A stretch of 64,000 nucleotides of DNA, from assembly GCA_043228905.1 (NCBI GenBank), contig JBHGNT010000003.1, positions 17,174,001 through 17,238,000 on the forward strand. The letters are read 5' to 3'. Position numbers and translations under genes: made by a program. The first letter of the stretch is position 1. Every line of letters begins with the position of its first letter. Origin of the DNA: Azolla caroliniana. Taxonomy: Eukaryota > Plantae > Polypodiophyta. Shown here in pieces: positions 37,501-50,079 of this stretch. The notes under the pieces were generated by a model, which was not told the DNA's origin, did no database searches, and saw only the letters and a list, made by a program, of their open reading frames with translations.

Positions 37501-39909
37501 TCCCTTTGAGCGGCAGTACTCCTCGAACTGCCCCCGGTACTCACCTCCGTTATCTGCTCGAACCGCCTTCAACTTCCGGCCGGTTTCTCTTTCCACTCTC
37601 GCGTGGAGCTCTTTGAAGACGGATAACACTTGATCCTTCGTCTTCAGCGGTGTGGCCCACAACTTCCGGCTGTGGTCATCTATGAACGTCACGAAGTACT
37701 GCGCTCCGGCATGTGACTTCGTGTCTACTTGACAAACATCCGTATGCACCAACTCCAGTGGTGCATTATGTCTCATCGGTGGCCTTGGTCGGAAGGAGGT
37801 CCGGTTCTGCTTACCGGCCAGACAATCAGTGCACTTCTCTAAGTGCACGTTCTTCACTGGAATGAGGTTGTCGTCTCCAAGCCTCTTCATCCCCTTCTCA
37901 CTCATGTGACATAGCCTCTTGTGCCACAGCTCACCGGCAGTGTCGGAAGCCACGTTCACTTCTTCCGGACATAACCGGGCATTCATCAGGTACAGTGTGT
38001 TTACCTTCCGGGCCCGAGCCACAATCAAGCTCCCTTTGCTGAACTTCATGACACCGTTCCGGATGCTACCCGTGTAGCCTTCATCATCTAGCCGACCGGC
38101 TGATATCAGGTTCAGACGAACTTCCGGAACGTGTCGGACATCTTTCAACAGCAACTTGCATCCGGTTGGTGTTGTCAGCCACACGTCTCCTATGCCGACA
38201 ATTCGGCATGTTCCTTCATTCCCCATCCGGACACAGCCGTGATCACCGGCTGAGTAGGATGAGAAGCATTTCCGGTCCGGGGTAAGATGGAACGATGCTC
38301 CGGAATCTACCACCCAGGTCATCTCATCGCCGGCATGGTTTATCTCACTCTCCTCGGTGATGAGCATCAACTCCTCTTCACTTGCCGCAATTGCCGTCGT
38401 TCCCTTCCGGTCCGGCCCCCTCTGGTCTTTACCGTTCCGGTCTATACCATTCCGGTTCGGGGTTTGCTTCGAATCGGTACCGTCAGTTTCCTTGTCTTTA
38501 CGGAAATGCCGACAGTTCTTTTGGAAGTGTCCCGACTTGCCGCAATAGAAGCAAGTAGGCCTCCCCCTTGACTTTGATCGTGTCCCTGACTTCTCCCGGT
38601 TCTGGGGACTACGGTTTCTATGTCTTCCGCGTTCCAATTCGGTAAGGAGCGCTTTGGAGTCGAAGCTCGTATCTTTGTCTTTCCGACGAGCCTCCTCATC
38701 TAGCAAGCTCGACTTTACTCTTGCCAGGGATAACCGTTTTCCTTCCGGCCCGGCGTTGCCCAAAGTAACAACCAACGTCTCCCAGCTATCCGGGAGGGAA
38801 CCGAGCAGGAGTAGCGCTAGGACCTCATCGGCAAGAGGTACTTCCAATGACGTTGCCTGGTGAATCAGCCCCTGGAAGGCATTCATATGCTCCGCCATGC
38901 TGGAGCCATCTTGGTACCGGAGTCTTACAAGCTTCCGGAATACCGACGCCTGATTGACAGCATTTTTGTTCTGGAACATCATGCCGATCTTCTCCCAGAG
39001 CTCATGAGCCTTGCTCTCTTCATTGAAGTTGTTGTACAGGCTCATGTTGATGAAGCACCGTATGTACGCCGTAGTCTTCATGTGCATCACCTCCCATATC
39101 GCGGCGTCGATTTTGTCCGGTCTCTTGTCCCCGAACTGAACCGGCAGCCAGAGGTCTTTAACCACGAGCATGTCCCTCATCTTCGACTTCCACACTGAAT
39201 AGTTGGAGCCGGTGAGCTTGAACATGCCGCCAAACGATTCGTCCATTTTCTGTGTCGATTTTGCTCTGATACCACTTGTTGAGAACTCGACGTTCCTTAT
39301 GTCCGACGCTCGGCCACAACCGAGATTCTTTTCATACACAGAAAAACAGGTAATGAAACGCGACACAAAAGAGGAGAAATGGTACACAGGAGGTATACGT
39401 GGAAAACCCCAAAATAGGGTCAAAACCACGGCAGCCCACAAGCTGCAAACTGTCACTATGCAGAAATATACAACAGTGAGATCACTGAGGCAACGACCTC
39501 GTGCTCTCAGATCTTCGCCACAGGCGGCGGTTACAACAGAGGCAACGACCTCGTCTCTCTCTCTCTCTCTCTCTGTACAGTTACGCGCTCTGATTTCTTC
39601 TTGCACCAACAAGAAAGGAATTAATCACACAAACGACAACTGCTCACATGCTAAAAAAAAACTAAAAGTTTGCCCTAAGTCATATTTATACTAATATGAC
39701 TTTTCGGCTATTTACAAATGTAGCCTCGATGGGCTCCATCCGGCTCTCCGCAGTCGGGTACTCCTCATCCGGTTCATACCGGGCCTACACCATCCGACTC
39801 TCCGCAGTCAGGTACTCCTCATCCAGTTCATACCGTTTCGGCCTCGGCCGAGTTCGTTCGTCGGCACTGTTCTTCTCCCTTCCCATCCGGAGGGACCTGT
39901 CTTCCAACA
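34565..39909 (-). mobile_element. Full-length Tnt1/Tork-like Ty1/copia retrotransposon, TSD TTCTT
   Basis: LTRs 39277-39909 (633 bp) and 34565-35174 (610 bp) differ by a 23-bp indel and a few substitutions. PBS TGGTATCAGAGC (iMet) at 39263-39274. PPT AAGGGGGAG next to 35175. Confidence 0.97.
35185..39246 (-). pseudogene. Copia gag-pol polyprotein (1354 codons, two in-frame stops)
   Basis: CCHC knuckle, WVVDSGASFH, integrase (VHTD, ADNGGEY, NGLAER), LYVDD, RTKHI. Stops at 36223 (TAG) and 35683 (TGA). The three ORFs share one frame. Confidence 0.95.
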
Positions 39910-41989
39910 TTCTTGAACCTCTCTAGGTTCACTAGCCTCATCTTCCGGAATCGGGTCTTCGTTGGGAGTTGGAGTCGGTAGGGAGTACCATGATGCCGAC
40001 TCATCAAACTCGACATCTCGACTTGCTCATACCTGTTTAGTCCGGGGGTTATAACATTTATACCCCTTTTGTTCATGCGAGTAGCTAACGAGTATGCACT
40101 TCTCCGATTTGAGATCCAGCTTCCTCCACTTCTCATCAGGTACATACACATATGCTATGCTACTGAATATCCGAAGGTGTCTCAAATTTAGCTTCCGCCC
40201 GAAATACAACTCATGTGTTGAAACCTCGTCCCCGATCTTGTTTTGGATGTAGACGGTCGTCCGGACTACCTCAACCTAGCAGAATTTGGGCATGCTCTTC
40301 TCCTCCAGCATTGCCCTTGCTGCATCGACAATCGACCGGTTCTTTCTTTCGGCCACCCCGTTTTGTTTCGGTGTATATCGGCAGCTGAATTCTCTCCGAA
40401 TTCCTTTTTGCTGCAGATAACTGTTGAATTGACCGGAAAAGTATTCTTTTCCGCCATCCGACCGCAATCGCTTTATCTTCCTCTCCGTTTCCCTCTCGAC
40501 TAAGCTTTGAATGTTCCGGAAATAGTTGAAGACTTTTCTTTTCTTCTCGATTAGGTAGATCCACCTGTGCCGGTTGTAGTCGTCGATGAAGGAGACGAAA
40601 TACCGACTCCCGCCAAGACTAACGTTTTGTGCCAATCCCCATACATCCGAATGGATTAGATCGAGCTTGTTACGGCTGTAGTTTCATTCGGTGGGGAATG
40701 GAAGCCGTAATTGCTTCCTAAGTTGGCAGGCTTCACATATTTGGACCTTCCGGCCACTAAACTTCGGTAATCCTAACACAACTTGTTTCGATTGCAGATC
40801 TTGAAGCCTCCGGTAGTTGATGTGGCCGATCTGCTTATGCTAGAGATCGATGTCTGATTCAATCTTTTGTCCTTTAGCAAACATGGCGGTGCCGACGTCA
40901 TTTGTGTTGAGGATGAACATCTTTCCTTCTCTACGCCCTTGTGCGATTATCCGGCCTTCTTCCTCGATGAAGCACTTGAGGTGCGTAAACCGCAGTTGCA
41001 TTCCCTGGTCGACGATTTGTCCGATCGGCACCAGGTTCTTTGTGATTGTTGGAACGTGTAGTAGATTCATCAGCTTTCCCTTTTGTCCAACATGGCTTAA
41101 AGGGACTTCTCCGACATGCATAATCGGGTGAGGGGTGTCGTCTCCGGTTTCGACGATTCCTAGTTGTTCCACTTTCTCCAAAAACAAGAACCACTCTTCG
41201 TGGCTCGTCATGTGGTTTGACACTCCGGAATCAACAAACCATACTTCCTCCAATCCGGAAATGGTCTTCTTCATCGAGTTCTCCTTGTGCTTCATCACGA
41301 AGGCTGGACCTTTTCCGATCTTCCCGGTTCTGGATCCTTCCGATCCTTCTACAAAGTGCGAGCTTTGCCGGTTCCCTTGTCTGGCCTTGCCAGATCCGGA
41401 TTTATCCGAATCGGCATGCTTGTTCAAGCACTCGCTCTCTGTATTGCCTTTCTTGCCATAGTACCAGTATTCCGTGTTAGTTTTCAACTGTCGGTTTCCG
41501 GTTCCAACTTGACTCCCCCTGCTTGTGGAGGGTCTAGAACTATTGTCGCCACCATCTCTATGCCTTCAGTTCTGCTCTTGTCGACCGCCTCCATTGCATG
41601 CCGACCCACCTCGTCCTCCACGCCCACGGGGTCGATCCGCCTCCGTGTATAGCATTGGGCTATCCGATTGAGTGGTCCTTGACCCACTTGCGTGGTTTTC
41701 TTCAACCATCAACATGGATTGTAATTCGAAGAAGGACGGTGGCTTCTCCCGGATGCAAATTGCCGTCCGGATTGGCCCGTACCGTTGTGCTAGACCACCA
41801 AGACAGATTTGGACCATCTTGTCTTCTTCTATTGTAATGTTGATGGATTCGAGTGCATCACAGATCTCCTTAATCTTGGCGGTGTAGTCCGTAACTGACA
41901 TATCTCTCTGCCGGATGTTGTTCAGCTCTTGTCAGAGCTGCAACTTACGGGATGTGGTACTTGCGGAGAAACTTTTCCGTAGATTTTCC
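39910..41989 (-). pseudogene. Older decayed copia, gag/protease/integrase portion
   Basis: WFVDSGVSNHMT, FIDDY, LRSDGGKEY, QNGVAERKNR. Cut at 41990 by an OTA-like LTR. Confidence 0.9.
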
Positions 41990-42907
41990 TGTTATCACTA
42001 GGGCCAGACAATGGCCTAACATAGGGTGTCCCTTTGAGACACTTCACCAAAGGGGTGTTGCGGTGAGATAGAGTTAGACCGACTATTAATGGAACCTTAC
42101 TAGGTAACTAGCGGCAATATCATTAGTCACAATACACGAGTAGGATAAATTATGCTTTGCATAGAATGGTAATTAACAATGATTAAGATATAGAACAACA
42201 ACACTTTATTAATTATCCGTTGATGATTACAATCTAACCGACTCTTTTTATAGGTTTCCGGTTTTAGGTACAAACCGTTGCCAACCGGTAACCAGCTACG
42301 AACTGGTCCGGATCCGGATCGGCATACCAATTCCGTGTCCGTCCATTCGCTTCTCAAATCATAATAATTCTATATAAATATATAATCAGCTCCCGGTTAC
42401 TAATTATCCCCTTGTTTCCCATTCTGGACTTCCCTTGCCAGTCGGCGAACACATGGCACGCCCGTGGGACAGTACCTTGTACCTCGAATCCCACTATCCG
42501 GCCTTCATTCATCCTCCAAAATGTCCAGAATACTTTGATCTAAGGGTTCCAATGGTTCCTCGGGAAGTTATTCTGTCGTCTGCTGTTGTTGTTCCCCCTC
42601 TTGTTGTTCCTGCGGTAGTTCCTCTTGCTGCTTCGACTCCGGTTGTGGCTACTATTGGTTAACATCTATCGCCTACGGCTCTGTCAGTCTGACCGGCTCT
42701 TCCTCCTTTTCCGGCTCAACTAGCCTTGGCGTCTCCGTCAGTCTCACTAGCTCTGTCTCCATTTCCGGCTCAACTGATCTTACCGGCTCTTCCTCCTTTT
42801 CTGGCTCAACCGGCCTTGGCATCTCCTGGTTCTACTGTCCGGCGTGCCCCGGTGCCTGCCGATGACCTTCCTCTAGCGGCTCCTCTTGAGTACTATCTGG
42901 TTGGCTT

Positions 42908-43150
42908 TAATCGGCGTTTGTTTTGAAGATGGCTCCTCGTCATTTATGCTAATCGCCACAGTTTTCTTGGCCACTTCTTGCCGTCACCGTTCTCGTTCGT
43001 ACTTCTTGAAGCGGAGTTGGTTGTCCAACTGGTCATCATAATCGGCGTTTGTTTTGAAGATGGCTCCTCGTCACTTATGCTAATTGCCGCAGTTTTCTTG
43101 GCCACTTCTTGCGATCACCGTTCCTGTTCGTACTTCTTGAAGCGGAGTTG
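42908..43150. repeat. ~110-bp tandem duplication in the accessory ORF region
   Basis: TAATCGGCGTTTGTTTTGAAGATGGCTCCTCG... at ~42908 and ~43039. Confidence 0.8.
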
Positions 43151-44387
43151 GTTGTCCAACTGGTCATCATCCAACTTTGCCACCAACTAGCGTACCGCCA
43201 CCCTCTGCTCATTAGCCAAGGATAGGAAATCATCTGACAGTTCATCCTTTATTGTTTCAATGCTTTCTCTATCCAGGATGTAAACTTCGTCGCCTTCCTT
43301 CCGCCAGTTTTCCGCATCTGCCCACAACAACAGTAGCTCGGCTGCCTGCTTAGCCCATTTCGACCACCACTGTATTGAGCTTTCTTCCACCAATTGCTTC
43401 GTTTGATTCCTCCATGCCAGTACGATGTCCCGGATCCGCCCCAACTGTTATGTACACATAACGTTGGTGAGGGTAGGTCACTAATATTTACATTAGTGAA
43501 GGGTATGTTCACTATTATTAAAAAGGGGACTAATGATTGGATAGAATGAATGATATGTGCATGCACTATCATGATTTAGACAACCAATGAATAGAGAGCC
43601 TTTTAGAAAGGCACATCTATTCAAGGGGCCTAGGAAAAGGTATAAATATGAGGCTTAGCTACCCTCATAGAGATCATCACGTCGGAAGGCTGCTGTCGTA
43701 GACACCGGTGGTGCGGGCTAGGCTTTCGTCTCGACGATCGTGTTTATCTCTTCCAAGGTATTAGTCATCCTAATATCCGGCGGTATGTGACATCTGTGGT
43801 AGGTTGGCTATGTCTAGATCATAGCTCGGGGGTGGTCGGGTGGAACGGGTTCTTCTATCCAATCTATTTTCTTCCTTTTTACTTGATTTGGTCTATTGAT
43901 TAGTAATAGACTCTTAACAGTGGTATCAGAGCTTTTACTAACAATTTTTTTGTTGTTTTGATGTTTTTTGCGTGTGAGCGAGGGGGATCTAACAAGGCTC
44001 GTCATGCTCTTCTCAGGATCAAAACAACACTCTAAACCCGGCATTCTTCTTTTTTGATCTCTTCTCTTTTTCTATTATGCGTTCTTTATGGTCGAATCAA
44101 ATTGGTATTACGTTTTATTCTCTTTCTTTCTACCTCCTACTACGCTACGATTTTACTTATTATTATGCATCGGGCCGAGCGTGTTTGCACTAATCGCACA
44201 CGCTCAACTCATGGCCTTTTGCATATTGCGATATATATCCCACTCTCTCCTCTCTTGAACTCTTACGATAATAATTATTCTTGTGCATTGGGTCGAGCGT
44301 GTTTGCTCTAATCGCACACGCTTATCTCATGGCCGTTTTGCATATGATGTTGAGTATACCACTCTTCCCCTCTATTGAGCCATCACT

Positions 44388-44690
44388 TGGCCGATTCTAA
44401 GGGATGATGTGGCCTTGACGAGGTGTATGTTGCCTACCTATGCCACTCTACTCTCTATTAAGCCATCAATTGGCCGATTCTATGGGATGTTGTGGCCTTG
44501 ACAAGGTATATGTAGCTTACATATGCCACTTTCCTTTTTAATTAGCCATCAATTGGCCGATTCTAAGGGATGATGTGGCCTTGACGAGGTATATGTCACT
44601 TACCTATGCCACTTTCCTCTTTAATTAGCCATTACTTGGCCGATTCTAGGGATATGTGGTGGTCTTGAGGAGGTGCATGTCAACTACCCT
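44388..44690 (+). repeat. ~84-bp tandem repeat (4 units) in the chromovirus leader
   Basis: TTGGCCGATTCTA.GGGAT..TGTGGCCTTGAC.AGGT recurs four times. Confidence 0.8.
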
Positions 44691-45674
44691 AGGGTTTCGT
44701 ATCTTAGGGCATGTTTGATTCCATACACCTAATTGTTGATTATTCTAATTAAATTTTAATTTCATAAGTAGTGTTTCACTTATATGATTTTCTAGTAATT
44801 ATTATTTACCCGCCCACAATTAACTCTCCTTTTTCCACTTCCTTTTCATGTATAAAGTATTTACATCGTTTATTTTAATGTAACCTTTACGTGTAGACTA
44901 TTTTTTCGTATGGAGTGGCTTGTTGAACGATTTTTTTCAACGGGTCATCTAGGTTTAACTCTTATCATCAAGCCTTAGAAAACAAGTAAAACCATATGAG
45001 TTCCCTTATTGATGTTTTACTCATGGATTTGAGTATTACATCTTTGCGCACAACACCGTCATCACTTGTATCAATTTGTGGCTTATGTCACAATTGTGCA
45101 AGTTATAACAATCATATTGGGATGTATATGTGCATACCTTGCACTTCCCATTTATTTGTGACATTGTTTTTTTCGTAGGTAACACATGGGTTCTTTTTTT
45201 TTTTTTACCCTTGTTTTCGTCACTACTTAACTCTTATGAGTAGTGCCTTATTTTATCATTTTATCATCACGTTTGCTTATTGCTCGCAAGACTAGAATAT
45301 TACTTGTGAGTGCACTTGTTTTTTCACGTAATACACTTTCTCGACCATATAATACATGATGGGTTGGCATTAATATAAGGCTATCTAGGAAATTTCATTG
45401 ATGTAAGAACCATGGTTGAGCCTCAGGGAGCCGCCATGATTACTCAAGATAGAGATCCGAGAAATACATCTTAGCTATGTTTTCCCCCATGGTTTTTAAA
45501 ACACCATAGTGTTACCATAGTTATCGGATCTCGAATCACATCTCATATGTCTAGAGGGGTAAAGACATGCGATACTTTCTTGGATAAAGTTCTTTCAATC
45601 AAAATTTCAAGCATTCATTTTGCTTGTGTATTTTCTGAACCTCCTTATTTTATTGCATACCCACAGCGTGCATC

Positions 45675-48600
45675 ATGGAACAAGTTTTCAACGCAGTTGG
45701 AACGATCTCTCCAAATGAGACCTCTCAACCCCAATCCGCATCTCGCACACAAGCTGAGATCACTATTGAGCAATTGCTCACTACTACCTTGAATCAATTG
45801 GCCGAAATGAGATAGGCCAATATGGCATTGGAAAAGAAATTCCAAGAATTAACTATTGAGTCCAAGAAAGAAGGTGAACCTTCCTTCGTAGTCACGCCTT
45901 TCAAGGGAGATAAGAAAGAAAGAACCGAGGAGGGTATTAGCACTTGGCTTGGTCGTTGGGAGTCTCACTTTGAGCTTCATCCCAAGCCCGATGCAGTAAA
46001 AATTGGTTATGTCGGTCGTGAGTTAGGTGGCCGAGCTGCTGCTTGGTGGCGTGGCCTAAGGACCGCAAAAAAACTTACCCACAACTTGGGAAGGTTTCGT
46101 TGATGTTTTTAAGAAACAATTCTTGCAGCCACCTTCTCAAACCGAACAAGCGCAACACTTGCTCACATTGTCTAGTAAGCCATTTACCTCTCTCGAGGAT
46201 TATGTGCATCACGCTCGGACCCAGATCCAAAAATCGGGACTTACGGGTGAGAAATGGTTTGTCGCTTGTTTTTTGAATGGTATTCCCAATGGGGATTATC
46301 ATTGGATTGTCCATGACAAGGACCCCACAACTTTCGAGGAAGCCGTCAACATTGTGTTGCGATACCATAGGACTTCCAAGAAAGACCACAATAAACCTGA
46401 GTTCGCCAAAACTCCGAATGTCAAGTTCATTGGGAAAAGTAAGCAATCTAGTGACACTCTTGACCGCGACTCAAAGAAACCGAACCTCTTCTGTGCATAT
46501 TACAAGAAGCGGGGCCACACAAAGGATACCTGTCGTCGTCTTGAGAGGAAGTCAATGAACACCCCTCCTCAAGACAAATCTACGAGTCACACAGGTGAGT
46601 CTTTTGATATTGTTGAAGTTCATACCAATCACTTAAGTTTATGTGAATGCACTTTTCCTTCACATTTACTTGGACCTAATGATTTACTCCGAGCAGTCGG
46701 ATATATCAATGGAACACAAGCACATTTCTTGTTTGATTCTGGTAGTTCTCACAATTTTCTTAATGATCACTTTGTGCAGCAAATGGAGCTCCACATAAAC
46801 GCAAGTGATCATATCTATCAAGTTCACATGGAAAATGGAAACGTTCAATACATCAGTGGCATTGTTTGTCAACTGCCAATTCAAATAGATACTTATTTGG
46901 AGAAGCTTGACTTTCATGTTATGAAATTACAATCCGCAGATGTCATTTTAGGATATCCTTGGTTTTTTAATAAAAACCCTTCTTTGTCCATTGATTGGGT
47001 TAATCACTCAATCACATTTGAACTTAATAATTGTAAACATTTTATTCAATGTTCCAAACTTCCTTCTCATTCACTTGTGTCTTCTAAATCTTTAAGTGAG
47101 TATTCTAGTTCATTAATTTATTCGTGTGTAATTGATCCTGCGGTTCAATTTTATTATTTTAATATTGACGCCACACAATTACCACATTTTGAGCAACGAG
47201 TACTCGACTCTATTTTAGAGGATTTTCAAGATGTGTTTCCTACTGAATTACCGCTTACTTTACCACCTAAACGTAATGTGGACCATCAAATTGAACTCAT
47301 CCCTGGGGCTGCTCCTGTGAGCATTCCACCTTACCGACTTAGTCGATTAGAAGAGGATGAGATCGCTAAACAACTTAAGGAATACTTGAGTATGGGCCAC
47401 ATTAGGTATAGTAAATCACCATGGGATGCGCCAGTTCTATTAGTCAAGAAGAAGGAAGGTTCGTGGCGAATGTGTATCAATTATCGCCGTTTGAATAAAA
47501 TGACAATTAAGAATGCATATCCATTACCTCGTGCCGATGATTTGATTGATCGTTTGCACGGGGCTCGATATTTTACGAAAATTGACTTACGAACTGGTTA
47601 TCATCAGATTCGCATCGCCGAGGATGATATTCCTAAAACCGCTTTTCGTACACGCTATGGCCATTATGAGTTTTTAGTCATGCCGTTTGGGTTGACTAAC
47701 GCTCCAGCCACATTCCAACAAGCGATGAATGATGTTTTCCGAGATCAACTCGGTGATTTTGTTGTCGTCTTCTTGGATGATATTTTGATATATAGCCGTA
47801 CCTTGCAAGATCATGTTCAACATGTTCGATTTGTTTTGCGAAAGTTGCGTGACAACTCTTTCTATGCAAAACATTCAAAATGTGACTTCTTCCAAAAATC
47901 TATTGTGTACCTAGGTCATTTAATTACAGAAAATGGCGTTGAAATTGAACCTTCTCGTATTGAAAAGGTTAAACTTTGGCCCATTCCTCGTAATATTCGT
48001 GAACTTAGATCATTCTTAGGGTTTGTTGGATTTTTACGAAAATCAATTCGTAACTATTCCAAATTGACTACGCCATTAATTGACCTTTTAAAAGGTCATC
48101 CACGTAAGTCTGTCAAACCAATTTCATGGAATGAACAACTTGACAAATCATTTGAGACACTCAAGGAGCATGTGTGTTAGGCTCCCACTCTTCTATTACC
48201 AGACCCTTCTAAGCCTTTCTCAATTGAAACCGATGCTAGTGATTATGCTATTGGTGCCGTTCTTTATCAAGGTGGTCACCCTATTGCTTTTGAAAGTAAG
48301 AAGCTTGATGCTGCTCAATCTCGGTATTCGGTTCAAGAGAAAGAGTTGTTTGCGGTGATACACGCACTTAAAACATGGAGGCACTATCTCTATGGAAATA
48401 AATTTGTGGTTACAACAGACCATCAATCATTAAAGTATTTTTGTGACCAGCCCGATCTTGTTGGTCGTAAAGGCCGTTGGGCTGACCTTATGCAAGATTT
48501 TGATTTTTCCATACGATATCGCAAGGGTTCTATGAACACCGTTGCTGATGCTCTTAGTCGCATTAAAGAAGTTAACATGCTTAGCTTCACGGAAATAAAA

Positions 48601-50079
48601 TCTGATCTTTTAGATCACCTTCGAGGGAAATACCTTGATGACAGTTATTTCTCAAAATACTGGACGAAAGCCGAATCTGGTTTAGATGCCGATACTAGCA
48701 CCCTACCCTCGAAGGCGACCTTTCACATTACAAACGGTTTGCTCTACCGTAGTGGAAAGGTCTGTGTTCCAGATTTACCAAATGTTAAACAGAAAATTTT
48801 TCATGAATGTCATGATGCACCATCTGCTGGTCATCCTGGAATACAACGCACACTCGTTCTCATCTCGTGTACTTTTTTCTGGCCTAAGATGCGCTTTGAC
48901 GTGCATAAATACGTAACTCAATGCTTACAATGTCAGATTAATAAGTCGGAACGACTTAAAGCTGCTGGTCTTTTACATCCCTTAGATATTCCCAACAATA
49001 AATGGGAAAGTATCTCGATGGATTTTATTGTTAGTTTACCTCGTACACAGAGGGGTCATGATGCCATATGGGTTGTCGTTGACAGGCTAACAAAATTAGC
49101 TAGATTTATTCCTACAAAAACCACGGTAACCGCTCAACAGTTGGCTTATCAATTTGTTGATGAGTTATTTCGTTTTTATGGATTACCGATGGATATTGTT
49201 AGTGATCGAGATTCCAAGTTTACTAGTGACTTTTGGACTCAGGTCTTTAAGAAACTAGAAACTACGTTGAGCATGAGTTCCGCAGATCATCCTCAGTCTG
49301 ATGGACAAACTGAACGAGTTAATCAAATTATTGAGGACATGCTTCGAGCTTATGTAGCAAAAACCCCTTCTAAGTGGGAGCAATACCTTCCTATCTTAGA
49401 ATTTGCCTATAATAGCTCTAAACATACATCCACTGGATATAGTCCTTTTATGTTGATGTATGGTTTTCAGCCACGTGCCCCAGTTGATGTCACGATTCAT
49501 CGTGATACATTAGACAGTACACGCAATTTTTTGCAAGACATGAACCAAATGTTGCATATTGCCAAAGAAAATGTCAAGACAGCTCAAGATCGTGCTCGAT
49601 TTTATGCTGATCAGGATAGACGTCCTCGTGCATTTACTATTGGTCAAAAAGTTTTTTTGCGTGTCCCGACTGATTCTACGTCATTATCGACGGGCAAGTG
49701 CGCTAAGTTAGCCCCACGATATTGTGGCCCATTTGAAATCCTTAAGCGAGTTGGGTCATCTGCTTATCACCTTGCCTTACCTCGTAACGTTGGTATTCAT
49801 CCTGTTTTTCACGTCAGTCGTCTAAAACCATTTTTAGGCTCTGGTGATAACACCATCACAATCCAAGATCTTGTAACATTAGAGGATTTTTCTTACAAAC
49901 CTCATGTTCCTGAACGAATTCTTGATTCTCGTACTAAACGTTTACGTTCTAAAGAGATTCGGCTATTCAAGATCAAATGGATGGATAAACCTATTGATGA
50001 TGCCACATGGGAACGCGAGCATTCGCTTAAGGCACAATTTCCTCACTTTATATTGCAAGAGTGCAATCTTTTGAAGTAG
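45675..50079 (+). pseudogene. Chromovirus gag-pol (gag, PR, RT, RNase H, integrase, chromodomain)
   Basis: LFDSGSSHNF, FLDD, ETDAS, SDRD, GPF, ERILD...KW...DATWE. TAG near 45813, +1 shift in an A-run near 46067, TAG at 48178. Confidence 0.95.

Noticed and set aside
39247-39612. N-terminal extension of the 1129-aa copia ORF
   Set aside because: It runs through the LTR and PBS; the likely start is ATG at 39246.
46060-46080. Programmed gag frameshift in the chromovirus
   Set aside because: It lies mid-gag and is explained by one extra A in a homopolymer (mutation or sequencing error).
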